The notes: generated by a model not told the origin, from the letters alone. A stretch of 64,000 nt of DNA from Octopus vulgaris (GCA_951406725.2 OX597816.1:109306001-109370000), one strand, 5' to 3'; positions 1-13,530 are shown, counted from the first letter of the stretch. Numbers and translations: made by a program.

Positions 1-134
1 AGTTACGAAGACATAAACAAACGAACGGCTGTTGTCAAACCAAAGTATAGAGTAACCATAACATTAATGTAAAAATGTTTTAAATATTATAACTGAACAT
101 AAAAACAAACATTAATGAATGTTTGATTTTGCAC

Positions 135-202
135 GTTAACTTCACGAGCAGGCTGTTCCGTTGATCGTATCAGCTGGGACTCACGACGTCGTAACCGAGT
201 GT
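135..202 (+). mobile_element. 3' part of a tRNA-derived SINE (same family as 61258-61631)
   Basis: ttaacttcacgagcaggctgttccgttgatcg...cgtcgtaaccgagtg matches 61563-61628 and the reverse complement of 47670-47712; followed by (AT)n. Confidence 0.75.
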
Positions 203-849
203 TCCTATATATATATATATACATACACACATATATACATGCATATATATGCATGCATGCGCGTGTAACAAGCTTCTAGTTTCTAGTCACCTATTCACTG
301 ACAAGGTATTGGTTAATTCAAGGTTCTGCACAGTTAGTCTGAAACCGGAATCACGTGGCTGCGAATCGATCTTCTTACTCACACAACCGTTATACAATAT
401 ATTCTTCTTAAGATGATGGATTTGAAGAGTATTTGACAGCTATTTCGTGCAGTTCAAATAACCACAATGAGCTTTCTGGTCAGCTTAGTAGGTTGCTTAT
501 ATGAAGCGATAATGAGTGATGTGACATACATGCATTTTTCATATACATTAATAGTGTAAAGGTTGTGAAATATCTACACTTGTGAGACATGTGTCGCCGG
601 GAAATTACCCCGATACTTAATGGCAGATGCAGGGATAGGAGCTTTTTTAGTGACAAGAATAAAATGCAGATGCTAATTTTCTATACAAAGTAGAATAGTA
701 TGAGTAAATACGGTAAGCAAGTTCATTATGTAAAAAATAGGTATTGAGTCAAGACTAAAAATGTGAAGACTTGGTAACAACTTAGGCAATAACTCAAGCA
801 AATTTTACTGTGAAATTGTTATAGGTAGATTTTAGTGAAATATATAACT

Positions 850-3110
850 ATTTTTTTTATTATTCTATTTATTGTACTAACTAGCAATATGTTATGACTA
901 TTTTTATAACTTATTTTTTAATTTCTAATTATTAATTAATAATTAAAAATGATTTTTTCTAAAGTGCCAAAAATATTTTGAGTTATTTTTATTTTCAATA
1001 GAAGTAACAAGTAATATCAAATAAAAGTAATAACTTGCAATAAAATTTTTAATTTTAATAGAAGCTAATATTTTCTAAATTCAAATATTTTATTTGAAAT
1101 TTTATCCTTAGCCGCAATATTTTAAGTAAAAATTTTCATATTCTCTACTTTGTCAGATGTAATAACTTGTACTGAACTTTTCCAGGTTTATAATCTTAAG
1201 AATATTATTTCTCTTGCTCGCCTTTTTCCATGTAATAACAATATTTTGGGAATGTTCTTATGATAATATTTTGTGGGATTTTACATGTGTCTGGATGTCT
1301 GGAAGTAAGTTCTCTGACTGTGGTTGTAGATTTTCGGGTTGAGTGATTACAAACTGTGCCTTACGCACGCGCAGGTGGTCTTCCAATTTGAGTATTTTTT
1401 TGTCAGTGCGTGTTGTTTGTGCTATGACACAACTGCGCTGTTTTATATTCTTTGTAGTTTATTGTGGCATGTTGTGAAAACACTGGGGCACTGACAGAAC
1501 TAAGCCTAGTCAATGACATTGTTCTTCCACCAGTGTTGTTGTTTCTTTCGGTTGACTAAATGTGGTACCAGTAATTGTTCCAGTTATGTTTGTGATTCGT
1601 TCCAGTTGTATGTGTGCCGTGAAAGTTTCAAACAAGTTGTGCCTATCATTTAGTATCTTCTCCTCTGTGTGTGCGTGTTCTGTAGCTATGCTGTTGATTG
1701 TTATTTGTGTTTAGTATTCTCCAGTGTTGCTAATAAAGTCACTGTAAATTTGGTCGATACTATTTTCAGCCCGTTGTTGTAGAGCCAGTTTTGTATGTGA
1801 TTTATGTAGGCTTGGACGAATCGTCTGGACAGTGGTAGGAAGACGTCATATGTGCAAAAAAACTGTCTGTATGTTTGTCTTGTGGAGGTGTAAACGTAGT
1901 GTACATATAAGATAGAAAGGATGGATCTTTGTGGTACTCCACTTGGGAAGTTGTAAGTGCTGGATACTAGTTCTTGTACACTAAATAAACTTGGAGGCTT
2001 AACAGCATTTTCAGTTGTTGGAATTTAGATCATCTTTGATGAAGTATTCCATCTATGACAACTTTCTTTGTATTTCTAGGACTATCTTTTCCAGTGTTTC
2101 TTTGCATTTCTAACGTGATGGGAAAGCGTCTTGCGTTAAATTTTATAGCGGTGTCTTATATATTTTGTATGAATGAATTGAAAAGTATTCTGATGTCGAT
2201 GACAAAATGACACGAGAGAAGAGTTTTATTTTGTTATTGAATCCATCATATATTTTCTGTGTTAGGCTTGGGAGTAATGTAGTGGTTGAGCGTAGCGGTC
2301 TCAATCAGCGTGGTTTTTAATGGTTAAGAGTGTCCAATGAAGACGTTTGCTTGGAATTGTACTGTATTCGTATTATCTGAGATTGTTGTTGTGACATGAA
2401 ATGTAGTGTGAACATTGTTGTTGTTGATGATGATGATATTGCTAATTAGTCTAGTGTTTTACTGCTTATTTTGTGTTTTATGTTGGATCAAATATTTTCT
2501 AGATTTGAATATCTATTTAATATTCAAGAACATTTTCTTGTTTGATGCTGAGTTTGATTTTGGTTGTTCAAGGTGTTGGTGTATTGTGTATACTACTTGG
2601 AGTGGTATATTTTACATTGCCTTGTAGGATATGCTTTTCTTTCGATGCATCTATTAATATTTTGATATCAGTTGGGATATCTATATATTTAATATAAGTT
2701 TATATATGCTATACGAGCATTACAATATGAAAGGGTCTGCTTGCTTTGATCTGAGTGCAATTTAAAATAGTGGCTGTTATATGTTGAATTAATAAGAATG
2801 TTACTCGCATTATTGCTATGCAAATGGAGTATGTAATCGCGAAATCATTTAGTTCCGTTAAGGTGCTTTTGAAGCCGATAGCGTTGTACTGAAGAAATTT
2901 AGCTTTTTATCCGCAGTCTGCGTTAAAATATGTCATGATGTCGAGAAAAGAGATAACAATATTACCTGCCTGTATTGTTGCTGTTGTAATTATTGTTATC
3001 ATAGCCATACATAATTTATTACATATATTGTGCGCTTGTAACACTGTATAATCGATGAGTGTTTTGCAGTACTAAGCCCAGCTACTCTAGATACGCTACC
3101 TTACAGAACA
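850..3110 (-). pseudogene. Heavily decayed LINE (APE endonuclease + RT remnant)
   Basis: Minus-strand translation near 2800-2905 gives KFLQYNAIGFKSTLTELNDF (APE N-terminal LQxN motif). Weak RT-like remnants occur near 2180-2220 and 1845-1860, with an A-rich tail on the minus strand at ~850. Many stops; boundaries approximate. Confidence 0.5.
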
Positions 3111-4828
3111 TAAAAATATAAATTACCCAGTCACATAAAAAAGAAAAGTTCATTGGATTATGTAATCCTGGATGTACAAAAAGACAAAATCGTCACGATT
3201 GGAACTCCTCTTGGTCATAGGTTTGCTTGGTCAGGACTGAAGTGGAGCTCAACATGAACATCAACATCAAATTGCACTATTTATCTATTCTTCCCCAAAT
3301 CCGTTTATCAAACACAGAACCATTCACAATGTTCAGGCAATAGAATTCCCTAAATAACCAATAGAAATCGCGGAAACTAGTGATGGTCAGCGTTGGTAAT
3401 TAGTGAGTAGAAACAGGATTTAAAAGAGGAAAAAGCTAACGTTTTAGGAAGCAGAGCTCTTTGACAGGTATCTTAGACGTCTCTACTTTCTCACGAATTA
3501 AAAAAAATGCTATTTATAGAATTAGATGATTTAAGTTTTCGCACTAGACATTATCTTGTTATTATTTGTTTTCTTATTTGTTTATTTGTTTAGTCAAAAT
3601 TATTTTATATTAAAAGAAAATTATTTTCTTTAATGCTGCATATGTATTTAAGTGTGAGAAAAGAACACAAAAATAAGCAAGCTAGTCTTTTGACAATAGT
3701 TTGTCACGAGGTTTCTGATAAAGAACAAGAAAACATTTTCTTTGATAGAAGTTAAATTCTTTGTTTATTTCCAGAATTAAATATTCTACACGAATGGATA
3801 TCATTTGTACAATTCATAAAAGAAATGTTCTTTGTCTTCACGGTTTTTTATATATTTAAACTGTTGAGACGTTATCGATACTTTTGAAAAGTTGATTTTA
3901 AAGATATTCTTTTTTATATTTGTTTTATTTGGTCCCTTGCTGTTTGGAATCGGTTTGAAAGAAACTATAAACTACTATCGTAACACAAACATAAATACAT
4001 TCATGCACATACCCATGCACACACACATACACACACATGCACACTCAGACACACACTCAGACACACAGTCGCTTTCTGACACACACACACACACACAAGC
4101 AAACACAAGCATGAGTGCGTATCTGTATACAAGCATACAAACACATTTACAAAATACATATAGACACACACACATCTATACATTATATCTGTCTGTCTCT
4201 GTCATTCTCTATCTCTCTCGCTATCTATCTTTCATGCAAAGAACTAATACCCCCAAAATCCCAGTCAAATGCACACACATACACACACACTTACGAAATT
4301 ATACGTATATACATGTATTACATTTAAGCATAGCAACTCATGCACACACATATATATGTACAAAAACATATACTGACACAAGCATTTGCATATACCCATA
4401 CACACACAGACACACAATCACATATACTCACACGCAACACTCAGTATGAGGCACCACACAGCACAGCACGCACATGTAAGCCCTGCGGTGCTGTGTTTCT
4501 TTAAACGGTCATGTCTCCTGTGGTGCTAAAGCTGCCAGTATTAGAACATTTTAAACACGCAGTATCAATGCCTGGCAACTAATTTTACATTACATTCTAT
4601 AGATTTCAAAATTAGGTACTGCATAATTTTATTTTATGTTTCCCTCTAGAAGTTATAAAAAAGAAGGAAGAAAGTCTTTTTACAATTAGATTATCTCCTG
4701 AGAATTATATTTAGCTTGGAAGACGAATAACAAAAGAAAAGAAAAAAATGCCAGAAAGTAACCCCAAAATACAACCAAACAAAATAAAGAATAAATAAAA
4801 GAAATTAGATAAGAAAATTGTATTTCAG

Positions 4829-4918
4829 GGTTGTATGCATACAATGTATCACCGACTGTCTCATCAGTGATGACTCAACGTTAGAATGTGATTGTTCCGC
4901 TGCTATTACAAAGTCTTT
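4829..4918 (+). other. Candidate 90-nt Cys-rich coding exon
   Basis: Acceptor attgtatttcag, donor gtatgt; open phase-2/2 frame VVCIQCITDCLISDDSTLECDCSAAITKS. No partner exons established. Confidence 0.25.
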
Positions 4919-7559
4919 GTATGTGAGATATTTTCAACAATAAAAATACTAGTGAATGAATAGCGTCTACTACTTTTGAACCACCACCGATCTTTCACAG
5001 TTGTAACAGTATCTTGGTTATTTTCTTTTTTCTTTTTAATTGACTATAGGTGAGAAGGAAGTTTTGATTTATTTATTCATTTAACTTGATGCACAGATCA
5101 ATTATCACCGTGCTTCTTTTTGAATTTTTTGACAGTTTAATCAAATTCTGTATAGGTGCAACATTTTTTAATGAGGTGGTTAGGCCAAGACAGCTCAACT
5201 AGACAGTAAATAATCTTTTAAAAAGGCACAATATTGCCGAATTCTTGTTTCGAGTCGTTTATAAATGCAGCATGATTAGACAAATATTGTAATGAAATGA
5301 ATAGGTTGTATCCAATTTATTTAAATTCCAACTTTGGAAAGGCATACACGTCTTGAAATATGTAACCATGTAACTGTATTAAGCATGAAATAATAAGGAG
5401 ATATTTGCATACTGGACAGTTATTGCTGTACTTTATCTGTTTCCAGAGGAAAAGGATTAGTGTCTATCTGATTGCCATAGCAGACATAATACATGGCTTC
5501 AGATTACAGAGTTTATGTAATGTAGATCAGTAATTTTTATCTTCTTGGCAAGCAGAACTTTCGGCAGCCCTGGTGCGTAGATAATTATTTATATGTTCTT
5601 TACTATAAATTACTTTATCTAAAACATAATTCTATGATAATACATAGACATACATACATCTCCATACACCCCCCACACACTCACAGAGGCTCACATTCAC
5701 ACATATGTATAAAGACGAAACGGAAGACGGAACGAGAGACGGAACCAGAGTGGAATGACTTGGGTATATTAATTAGCACATTGGAAGTCAGAACTTCAAG
5801 ATTTTTAGTTATAACTATCAAGGTTATAAAATACAGACCTTGACAATTGTATACAACTTTACTCAATGTAGAATTTTGCGACACAAAGATACAGGCATAG
5901 TTGATCGTTTAACTTATTGAACTAATGTGTAAATGGCTTAGTATTCTGCATATACTCTTAACGTATTTCTCATGCAAAATCAGCGTGACACACTGTGTGA
6001 CAAGGCCGAAATATTGAATAACGTGCAATTTATCCATCGGAGGGGATTCCATGAAGCTCCTATTTCAAAAGACTTAGGTCATCCGAGGCTTTAGTACAAG
6101 ACTTTACATACAATGCTACGCTGTAGGATCGAAAACAGGTCTGACTATATTGTTACTACAGATTTGTGACTGAGAAACGAAACTCTTACTCACATATTTG
6201 GAAGAGTATGCTGTTATAAACACTAAAATTCGAGACTGTGAACAAAAACTACTCATCGCAATGGTTATTAAATAATCACTTATCAAGCTACTTCCCTCAT
6301 ATATTTTTGAGGGAGAGTAGAGTGGAGTAAATCGACTCAGAGTACCATGTGCTAAAATATGGTACATTTATTGAGCATTTCGGTACAATCATGCAATGTA
6401 TCTCAGTCCTGAACCGAAAAAATAACGAAAAGACATTTTTCCATTATTCAGTATCGAACTAGAGCAACACTGATCTCAACCAGGCATAGATTGTTGTTGA
6501 TGTGTAATCAATTACTATACTAAATATTTCTGAAATGCATGCACCAGCCACAATATCGACACACACACACACACGAACGCAACCCGACGTAACAAGTAAA
6601 TAAATGAGTAGATAAATCAATAAATTATGAAAGCTGTAACTGTACATTGGAGACTATTTTCTACACGCCTATCATTTTATAAATAATATCACTCGAAACT
6701 TGGGGAAATTATCAAAAGTTTTCCATCTTTTGTATTTTTCATTTGGCGAACGACAAATGGCTATCACAATTCATTCAGTCGTTGGTTATATATCGTAAAT
6801 AGCTACAGGCTTGAGAATACCTGATAAACATGGAATTTAAGAATCATGTGTAAGCTACTGCAACACGATATAATTGGATTTTAGATTTTAGTAATTCTTA
6901 TACTTGCTAATATAAGGTATCGTTACCTGCGAAACATCAATAATGTTTCAATAGCCAATAAGAATTACACTGCAAACAACAGGTACAGAAATAATAGAAC
7001 GTTTTGAAAATAGTTTTCAGGAAAACGGTAAAAGATAAGCAAATAGAAAAGAAAATGCCTAAAATGTATACTTATGCATTTATAGATGTAACAGACAATT
7101 AACTGTTGTTGTTGTTCTTTAGCACCTATCGAAAACCTAACCGAACAGACCTATGATTTAAGTTATTCCTACCATTCTTCATTTTCCTTTTTTAAAGTTT
7201 ATGTAAGAATATATTATCTAATGACTTTGCCTTATGTAAGACAGCAAGATGTGATGAGAAAGATTTAGCTGTTATTTTCATCAGGTCAAGTGACATATAG
7301 AAACTCCCTTTTGGCCTTGTGAGACCACTGATTATTGTTATTGTTCAGCTCTAGATAAAACCTGACTGAGCAGACCTATAATCAAAGAACTCCAACAGTA
7401 ATCATTCCATCTTTTTCCAATGTTCAGGTTATCCAAAGCCACATAGTTTAACTTGTAATTCACTAAGATAAAAGGAAATTATCAAAATGAACACTTTTGC
7501 AGCCTGAGCACAATTTACAAAGGTATAAACATCAATGTTATACTGCTTGTCGTAGGTAT

Positions 7560-8400
7560 GATACATCTTTATTGTATCTCCAATACAGTAGCAATATAGT
7601 CAGGATAGTTTGAGATCAAATTTTGGCACTAATGTGGGATTATTACCTTTGTCTGAATCTGCTATATCTATTTTAAATCTGAAGTTAAAAATTGAATTTT
7701 AAAATTTTATTTTATGATTTTATGCCTTTCCTTGAGGGTTCTGGTCAGGAGAAGGATACTGACCATTTACCCAATTAGCTCTAAGTCAGTTCTTTTATGC
7801 AATTTGCAAAATGACTGGGTGCACCATCTCGCTGGAAAACAAAACGATAATGGATGATTATACTAATAGACAACTTCTGTTGAGCAGCCAGTGTTTTTAG
7901 AGAGCATTGTTGTAACTTGAGACATGATACAAATACCAGTTCTTTATGTTGCAGGCATGGAAGTCATTATAATGGATAGATATTCTTGGAATATCGAGGA
8001 TTGTATGCTGAGTTTGGTGTCCGAAGAATGGAAGGAGAATTAGATTACAAATCGCTTAATGGACATTTGTTTTACTATGTATTATTTTTAGTTAGACTTC
8101 CTTAGTCTTCCTTAGTTAAAGTTTTATGACTCTACCAAAATTACAAAGGAACCTTGATTTTCTGTTATAACTAGACACTTTTCAATGGACCTCATGTTAC
8201 TAGGTTGAAGGTTCTATAATGAATGTCATATTATCTAGGTACTGCATTTTGCCTTACTTGCAACTATGAGTTGCATGGCATAACTAGATGTAAATGTAAA
8301 TAGGAATATACCAGATGCAATTGTACGATCGATTTGAAGTGAGTTGGGAAAGACCTGACAAATAGTTTAACTCACTGATTAAAACCGAGGAATCCATCGA
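7560..8400 (-). pseudogene. Degenerate Tc1/mariner transposase remnant
   Basis: Minus strand at ~7810-7845 reads FVFQRDGAPSHFA (FQQDGAPxH motif), followed by a degraded WPxxSPDxNP-like segment at ~7735-7765. Boundaries approximate. Confidence 0.55.
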
Positions 8401-8903
8401 GATGATATTTTCCTTAACTTGATTTCAATGGCATTCAAAACCCAAAATTGACATATTTTTTCAGATGACAGTTGTATGAATTTATTAAATCTTGATATTT
8501 TGTATGTCACGCTGAAAATGAATTCATATAACTCCGTCATTCATATACCATTGTGGGTAACATAAATTAGTTCGTTCCTGATAAATCTCTAGAAAATAAT
8601 CAGCTTTGTAATTGTATTTCGGGAGTATCATTATGCAAACCAACGCATTCATGGTTGTTTTGATTATGCAACAAAAATCAAGTATATCACAATTCGGTCA
8701 GAGTGTAACATAGGACTTGCAAGATAAAAAACACAATTTTAATAAACTATATATATATATATACAGTTGGACTAAACCTCGAAGTTACTGTCAACAACAT
8801 TCTTGTATAAGAATAATAAATTTATACTCTACAAAAGAAGAGAGTAACCCACCAGATTAGTGTAAAATTATTTTTTGCGTAACTGAATATAAAAACAAAC
8901 ATT

Positions 8904-8904
8904 A

Positions 8905-8980
<76 letters not shown>

Positions 8981-9030
8981 GTATATATATATATATATGT
9001 ATATATACGTATATATATATATATATATAC

Positions 9031-9077
<47 letters not shown>

Positions 9078-9094
9078 CGTATATATATATATAT

Positions 9095-9142
<48 letters not shown>

Positions 9143-9180
9143 GTATATATATATTTAGTATATGTGTGTGCATATATATA
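8904..9180. repeat. (AT)n microsatellite
   Basis: Direct reading. Confidence 0.98.
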
Positions 9181-9658
9181 CGTACTAGAAAACTAGCTCG
9201 TTTAAAGAATCTCTATTAGAGACGAAAGCAGTATTACTGAGAAGTAATGTTTATTGCATTGTGTGTGTATGTATGTATTTAGTAGAAAATGTGTGTAGAA
9301 AAAGATGTACGACTGATACTATTATATTTAGATCGCCATGTACATTATCACAATTTAATCTTCTCTCGGTAATGTTGTTGATTAACTTTTATTCTGAGTA
9401 TTTTAACTTGTTATGAACTACAGATCAAATGTAGGAGAAATAAAGATAATCACAAACATTTTTCACCTTTGAGGTTGTTTATAGGCCTGTCATAAAAGTT
9501 CCAAGTGCATCTAGGTACTAAGCGAAGCAGATAATCAGAGACCCAATTGCAGAGGTCCCAAAACCATAGAGGTTAAATACGAAGTGTTATATAAATTTGT
9601 GTTTATCCTTCCACACACACACAAACATACACACACGTATATCCATCCATCCATTCAT

Positions 9659-9700
<42 letters not shown>

Positions 9701-9885
9701 TAAGCAATAAAGGGTTTAGCAACGAATTGCCTTACCACAGACCGAATTTAGAAATAACAGTCAAAGAGTTATAGCTATTTCTTCTACTAAAAAGGAGATC
9801 TCAGTAAAAAACACAGCAATTGGAAGGCAGACACAAACAGGTAAGAGAGAATGAATTGACGGCAATCTATCATACAATTTTAAGT

Positions 9886-9990
9886 TATCCACGGACGCAC
9901 GTTTCGAAATCAAGTTTTTAGGAAAGCATGAGAATTAAATATTAAATAATTCTACGTTACCCAAACTTCTTTTCTCTTCAGCGCAGAATA
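9886..9990 (-). ncRNA. Type I hammerhead ribozyme with long stem II (array unit 1)
   Basis: Minus strand: UAUUCUGCG-CUGAAGA-[GAAA..AAGUUU..AGAAUUA/UAAUUCU..AAACUU..UUUC]-GAA-ACGUGCGU-C|CGUGGAUA. Full core, GUC triplet (C17 at 9894), stem I pairs, self-complementary stem III. Confidence 0.88.
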
Positions 9991-10480
9991 CTATAATCAT
10001 AAGTGATTATATATTGAATTTTGAGATACTAGAAGGCACCAACTCAACTCAGTATCAGAGCGAGCTAGAATCCGCAACTAGTATCACCAAACTCAACGTG
10101 TGAATGAAAGGATTGTGTCACCAGCCCCTTCCCACCCGCGTGTAGCCAAAACAAGATGCTATGGTCATCTACTGAGATAAAATATGGTTATCCGTAATAA
10201 TGAAGGGTGAAATTAATTAATTTGGAATAATTATCAATTACACCAAGTAGTCTTCGGCATGTAAAAGCCTCATTCGAGGAAAATTTAAGTAATACTAAGC
10301 AATAAAGGGTTTAGCAACGAATTGCCTTACCACAGACCGAATTTAGAAATAGCAGTCAAAGAGTTATAGCTATTTCTTCTACTAAAAAGGAGATCTCAGT
10401 AAAAAACACAGCAATTGGAAGGCAGACACAAACAGGTAAGAGAGAATGAATTGACGGCAATCTATCATACAATTTTAAGT

Positions 10481-10585
10481 TATCCACGGACGCACGTTTC
10501 GAAATCAAGTTTTTAGGAAAGCATGAGAATTAAATATTAAATAATTCTACGTTACCCAAACTTCTTTTCTCTTCAGCGCAGAATA
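10481..10585 (-). ncRNA. Type I hammerhead ribozyme (array unit 2)
   Basis: Identical to the unit 1 motif; C17 at 10489. Confidence 0.88.
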
Positions 10586-11075
10586 CTATAATCATAAGTG
10601 ATTATATATTGAATTTTGAGATACTAGAAGGCACCAACTCAACTCAGTATCAGAGCGAGCTAGAATCCGCAACTAGTATCACCAAACTCAACGTGTGAAT
10701 GAAAGGATTGTGTCACCAGCCCCTTCCCACCCGCGTGTAGCCAAAACAAGGTGCTATGGTCATCTACTGAGATAAAATATGGTTATCCGTAATAATGAAG
10801 GGTGAAATTAATTAATTTGGAATAATTATCAATTACACCAAGTAGTCTTCGGCATGTAAAAGCCTCATTCGAGGAAAATTTAAGTAATACTAAGCAATAA
10901 AGGGTTTAGCAACGAATTGCCTTACCACAGACCGAATTTAGAAATAGCAGTCAAAGAGTTATAGCTATTTCTTCTACTAAAAAGGAGATCTCAGTAAAAA
11001 ACACAGCAATTGGAAGGCAGACACAAACAGGTAAGAGAGAATGAATTGACGGCAATCTATCATACAATTTTAAGT

Positions 11076-11180
11076 TATCCACGGACGCACGTTTCGAAAT
11101 CAAGTTTTTAGGAAAGCATGAGAATTAAATATTAAATAATTCTACGTTACCCAAACTTCTTTTCTCTTCAGCGCAGAATA
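11076..11180 (-). ncRNA. Type I hammerhead ribozyme (array unit 3)
   Basis: Identical motif; C17 at 11084. Confidence 0.88.
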
Positions 11181-11829
11181 CTATAATCATAAGTGATTAT
11201 ATATTGAATTTTGAGATACTAGAAGGCACCAACTCAACTCAGTATCAGAGCGAGCTAGAATCCGCAACTAGTATCACCAAACTCAACGTGTGAATGAAAG
11301 GATTGTGTCACCAGCCCCTTCCCACCCGCGTGTAGCCAAAACAAGATGCTATGGTCATCTGCTGAGATAAAATATGGTTATCCGTAATAATGAAGGGTGA
11401 AATTAATTAATTTGGAATAATTATCAATTACACCAAGTAGTCTTCGGCATGTAAAAGCCTCATTCGAGGAAAATTTAAGTAATACTAAGCAATAAAGGGT
11501 TTAGCAACGAATTGCCTTACCACAGACCGAATTTAGAAATAGCAGTCAAAGAGTTATAGCTATTTCTTCTACTAAAAAGGGAGATCTCAGTAAAAAACAC
11601 AGCAATTGGAAGGCAGACACAAACAGGTAAGAGAGAATGAATTGACGGCAATATATCATACAATTTTAAGTTATCCACGGACGCACGGGAAGGGGCTGGT
11701 GACACAATCCTTTCATTCACACGTTGAGTTTGGTGATACTAGTTGCGGATTCTAGCTCGCTCTGATACTGAGTTGAGTTGGTGCCTTCTAGTATCTCAAA
11801 ATTCAATATATAATCACTTATGATTATAG

Positions 11830-11934
11830 TATTCTGCGCTGAAGAGAAAAGAAGTTTGGGTAACGTAGAATTATTTAATATTTAATTCTCATGCTTTCCT
11901 AAAAACTTGATTTCGAAACGTGCGTCCGTGGATA
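11830..11934 (+). ncRNA. Type I hammerhead ribozyme (inverted copy)
   Basis: tattctgcg ctgaaga gaaa...tttc gaa acgtgcgt c cgtggata read directly on the + strand; C17 at 11926. Confidence 0.88.
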
Positions 11935-12473
11935 ACTTAAAATTGTATGATAGATTGCCGTCAATTCATTCTCTCTTACCTGTTTGTGTCTGCCTTCCAA
12001 TTGCTGTGTTTTTTACTGAGATCTCCTTTTTAGTAGAAGAAATAGCTATAACTCTTTGACTGCTATTTCTAAATTCGGTCTGTGGTAAGGCAATTCGTTG
12101 CTAAACCCTTTATTGCTTAGTATTACTTAAATTTTCCTCGAATGAGACTTTTACATGCCGAGGACTACTTGGTGTAATTGATAATTATTCCAAATTAATT
12201 AATTTCACCCTTCATTATTACGGATATATATATGTATATATATATATATGTTATAAATTAAAACAAACAGTAAAAGGTTGTCATTATAGTACTCGGAGTT
12301 TCAAATGCCGATGCGATAAGCTACGATACATTCTGGTCGGCTATAAATGCCAACAGACGCTACGAAAAACCGTTAAATATAAGTGAGGTAACTCTAACAG
12401 GCGGAAAAAGAATAAAGTAAAGATAAAATATATTATAAAAGGTATATTAAATATTTATATTAATAAAAACAAT

Positions 12474-12680
12474 AACCACACTCTAAGCTTCAGACACTGG
12501 AATAAACGAAAGCTATCAAATTATCCAGTTATATATGGTTCATAAAAGAACGAGGTGACAGCTACAGGATTTACTGTATCCTAGCCAAATGTAAACCTTA
12601 TACCAACGGTAGTGGCAAATGTGGTCTTTGTAATATGGAAAGATGGCTCGTCTGCTACATGTTTAAATTCAAGTACTGAA
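12474..12680 (+). pseudogene. PLE GIY-YIG C-terminal fragment (CxLC-type, possibly Naiad-like)
   Basis: NHTLSFRHWNKR/(frameshift)AIKLSSYIWFIKERGDSYRIYCILAKCKPYTNGSGKCGLCNMER, homologous to 14211-14504. Confidence 0.75.
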
Positions 12681-13217
12681 CTCTTTGGACCATATCTACA
12701 TGTGACAATCTTTTACTGTTTGTTCTAATTTATAACATATTTCTCTAATATCGAGGTCTCATTCTTTTGCTGTTACATTTTATTATAATCATCATTATTG
12801 TTATTATATATCTATATATATAAAACTCAACTCGTGTGTCTGTGTGTGTATCTGTGTGTGTGTCTGTGTGTTTAACTTCCCGGCACATCTCCTCCTAGCC
12901 AACAAAACGTAGAAACACCAAAAATGGGTCACTTAAAGTTTAGGCGAATGAAAATTGAACTGCGCTATTTCTCTTCCGAAATTCATCTCGCAAGTGCAAA
13001 AATCGATAATGTGTTTGTTTAGGCCTTATCCCATGCATTGAATAGTGAACTTTACTCAGTCAGCTGTTTGACGTGAACTGTGTTCACCACGCGTGCAAGC
13101 ATGCGTAAATTGCATGAGAAAAAAAAATCAAAGTATAAAAACGAATCGCCGTAAACATTGTAGAAATTCGGCAAAGAAATGAATTTTCGGGATGTAGCCT
13201 GGAGGGTTTTTCCGTTA

Positions 13218-13323
<106 letters not shown>

Positions 13324-13530
13324 GTGAAATAGAAAGATGAATAATCTTGTAGTAGATTAATCAAAAGTTTAACCGATACCTTAGTAGCAAAAATCACAGC
13401 AGTAAAACAGCACGGTTGGAGGTACAACCATATGGTGTTGCAACCGTGCGTTGGTGCGGATAATTGAAATTAGAACATTATTGGTGAATTGAAGAAATGG
13501 AGCTGAACGCAGATTGAACAGAAATCGTTT

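Larger units (their letters stand above)
9697..12226 (-). mobile_element. Retrozyme-like non-coding element: 3.35 tandem 595-bp units (9697-11687) plus a 540-bp inverted copy (11687-12226), embedded in (AT)n
   Basis: Unit start 'atactaagcaataaaggg' recurs at 9697, 10292, 10887 and 11482 (period 595). 11687-12226 is the reverse complement of 10784-11323. Only a handful of substitutions and one 1-bp indel among copies; no long ORF; one HHR per complete unit. Confidence 0.85.

Noticed and set aside
10245-10285. Second hammerhead or SECIS-like motif in the 595-bp unit (cgaatga-ggc..gcc-gaag)
   Set aside because: Core deviates at several invariant positions, there is no stem I, and the stem is too short for a SECIS.
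9697-11687. CRISPR array or simple satellite
   Set aside because: No unique spacers and a eukaryotic context; the units carry a ribozyme and a PLE-type inverted end.
12275-12365. Degenerate HHR-like motifs here and at ~9200-9235, 15870-15915, 29630-29705 and 60975-61045
   Set aside because: Incomplete cores or missing stem I; possibly decayed relics, but not supportable as ribozymes.
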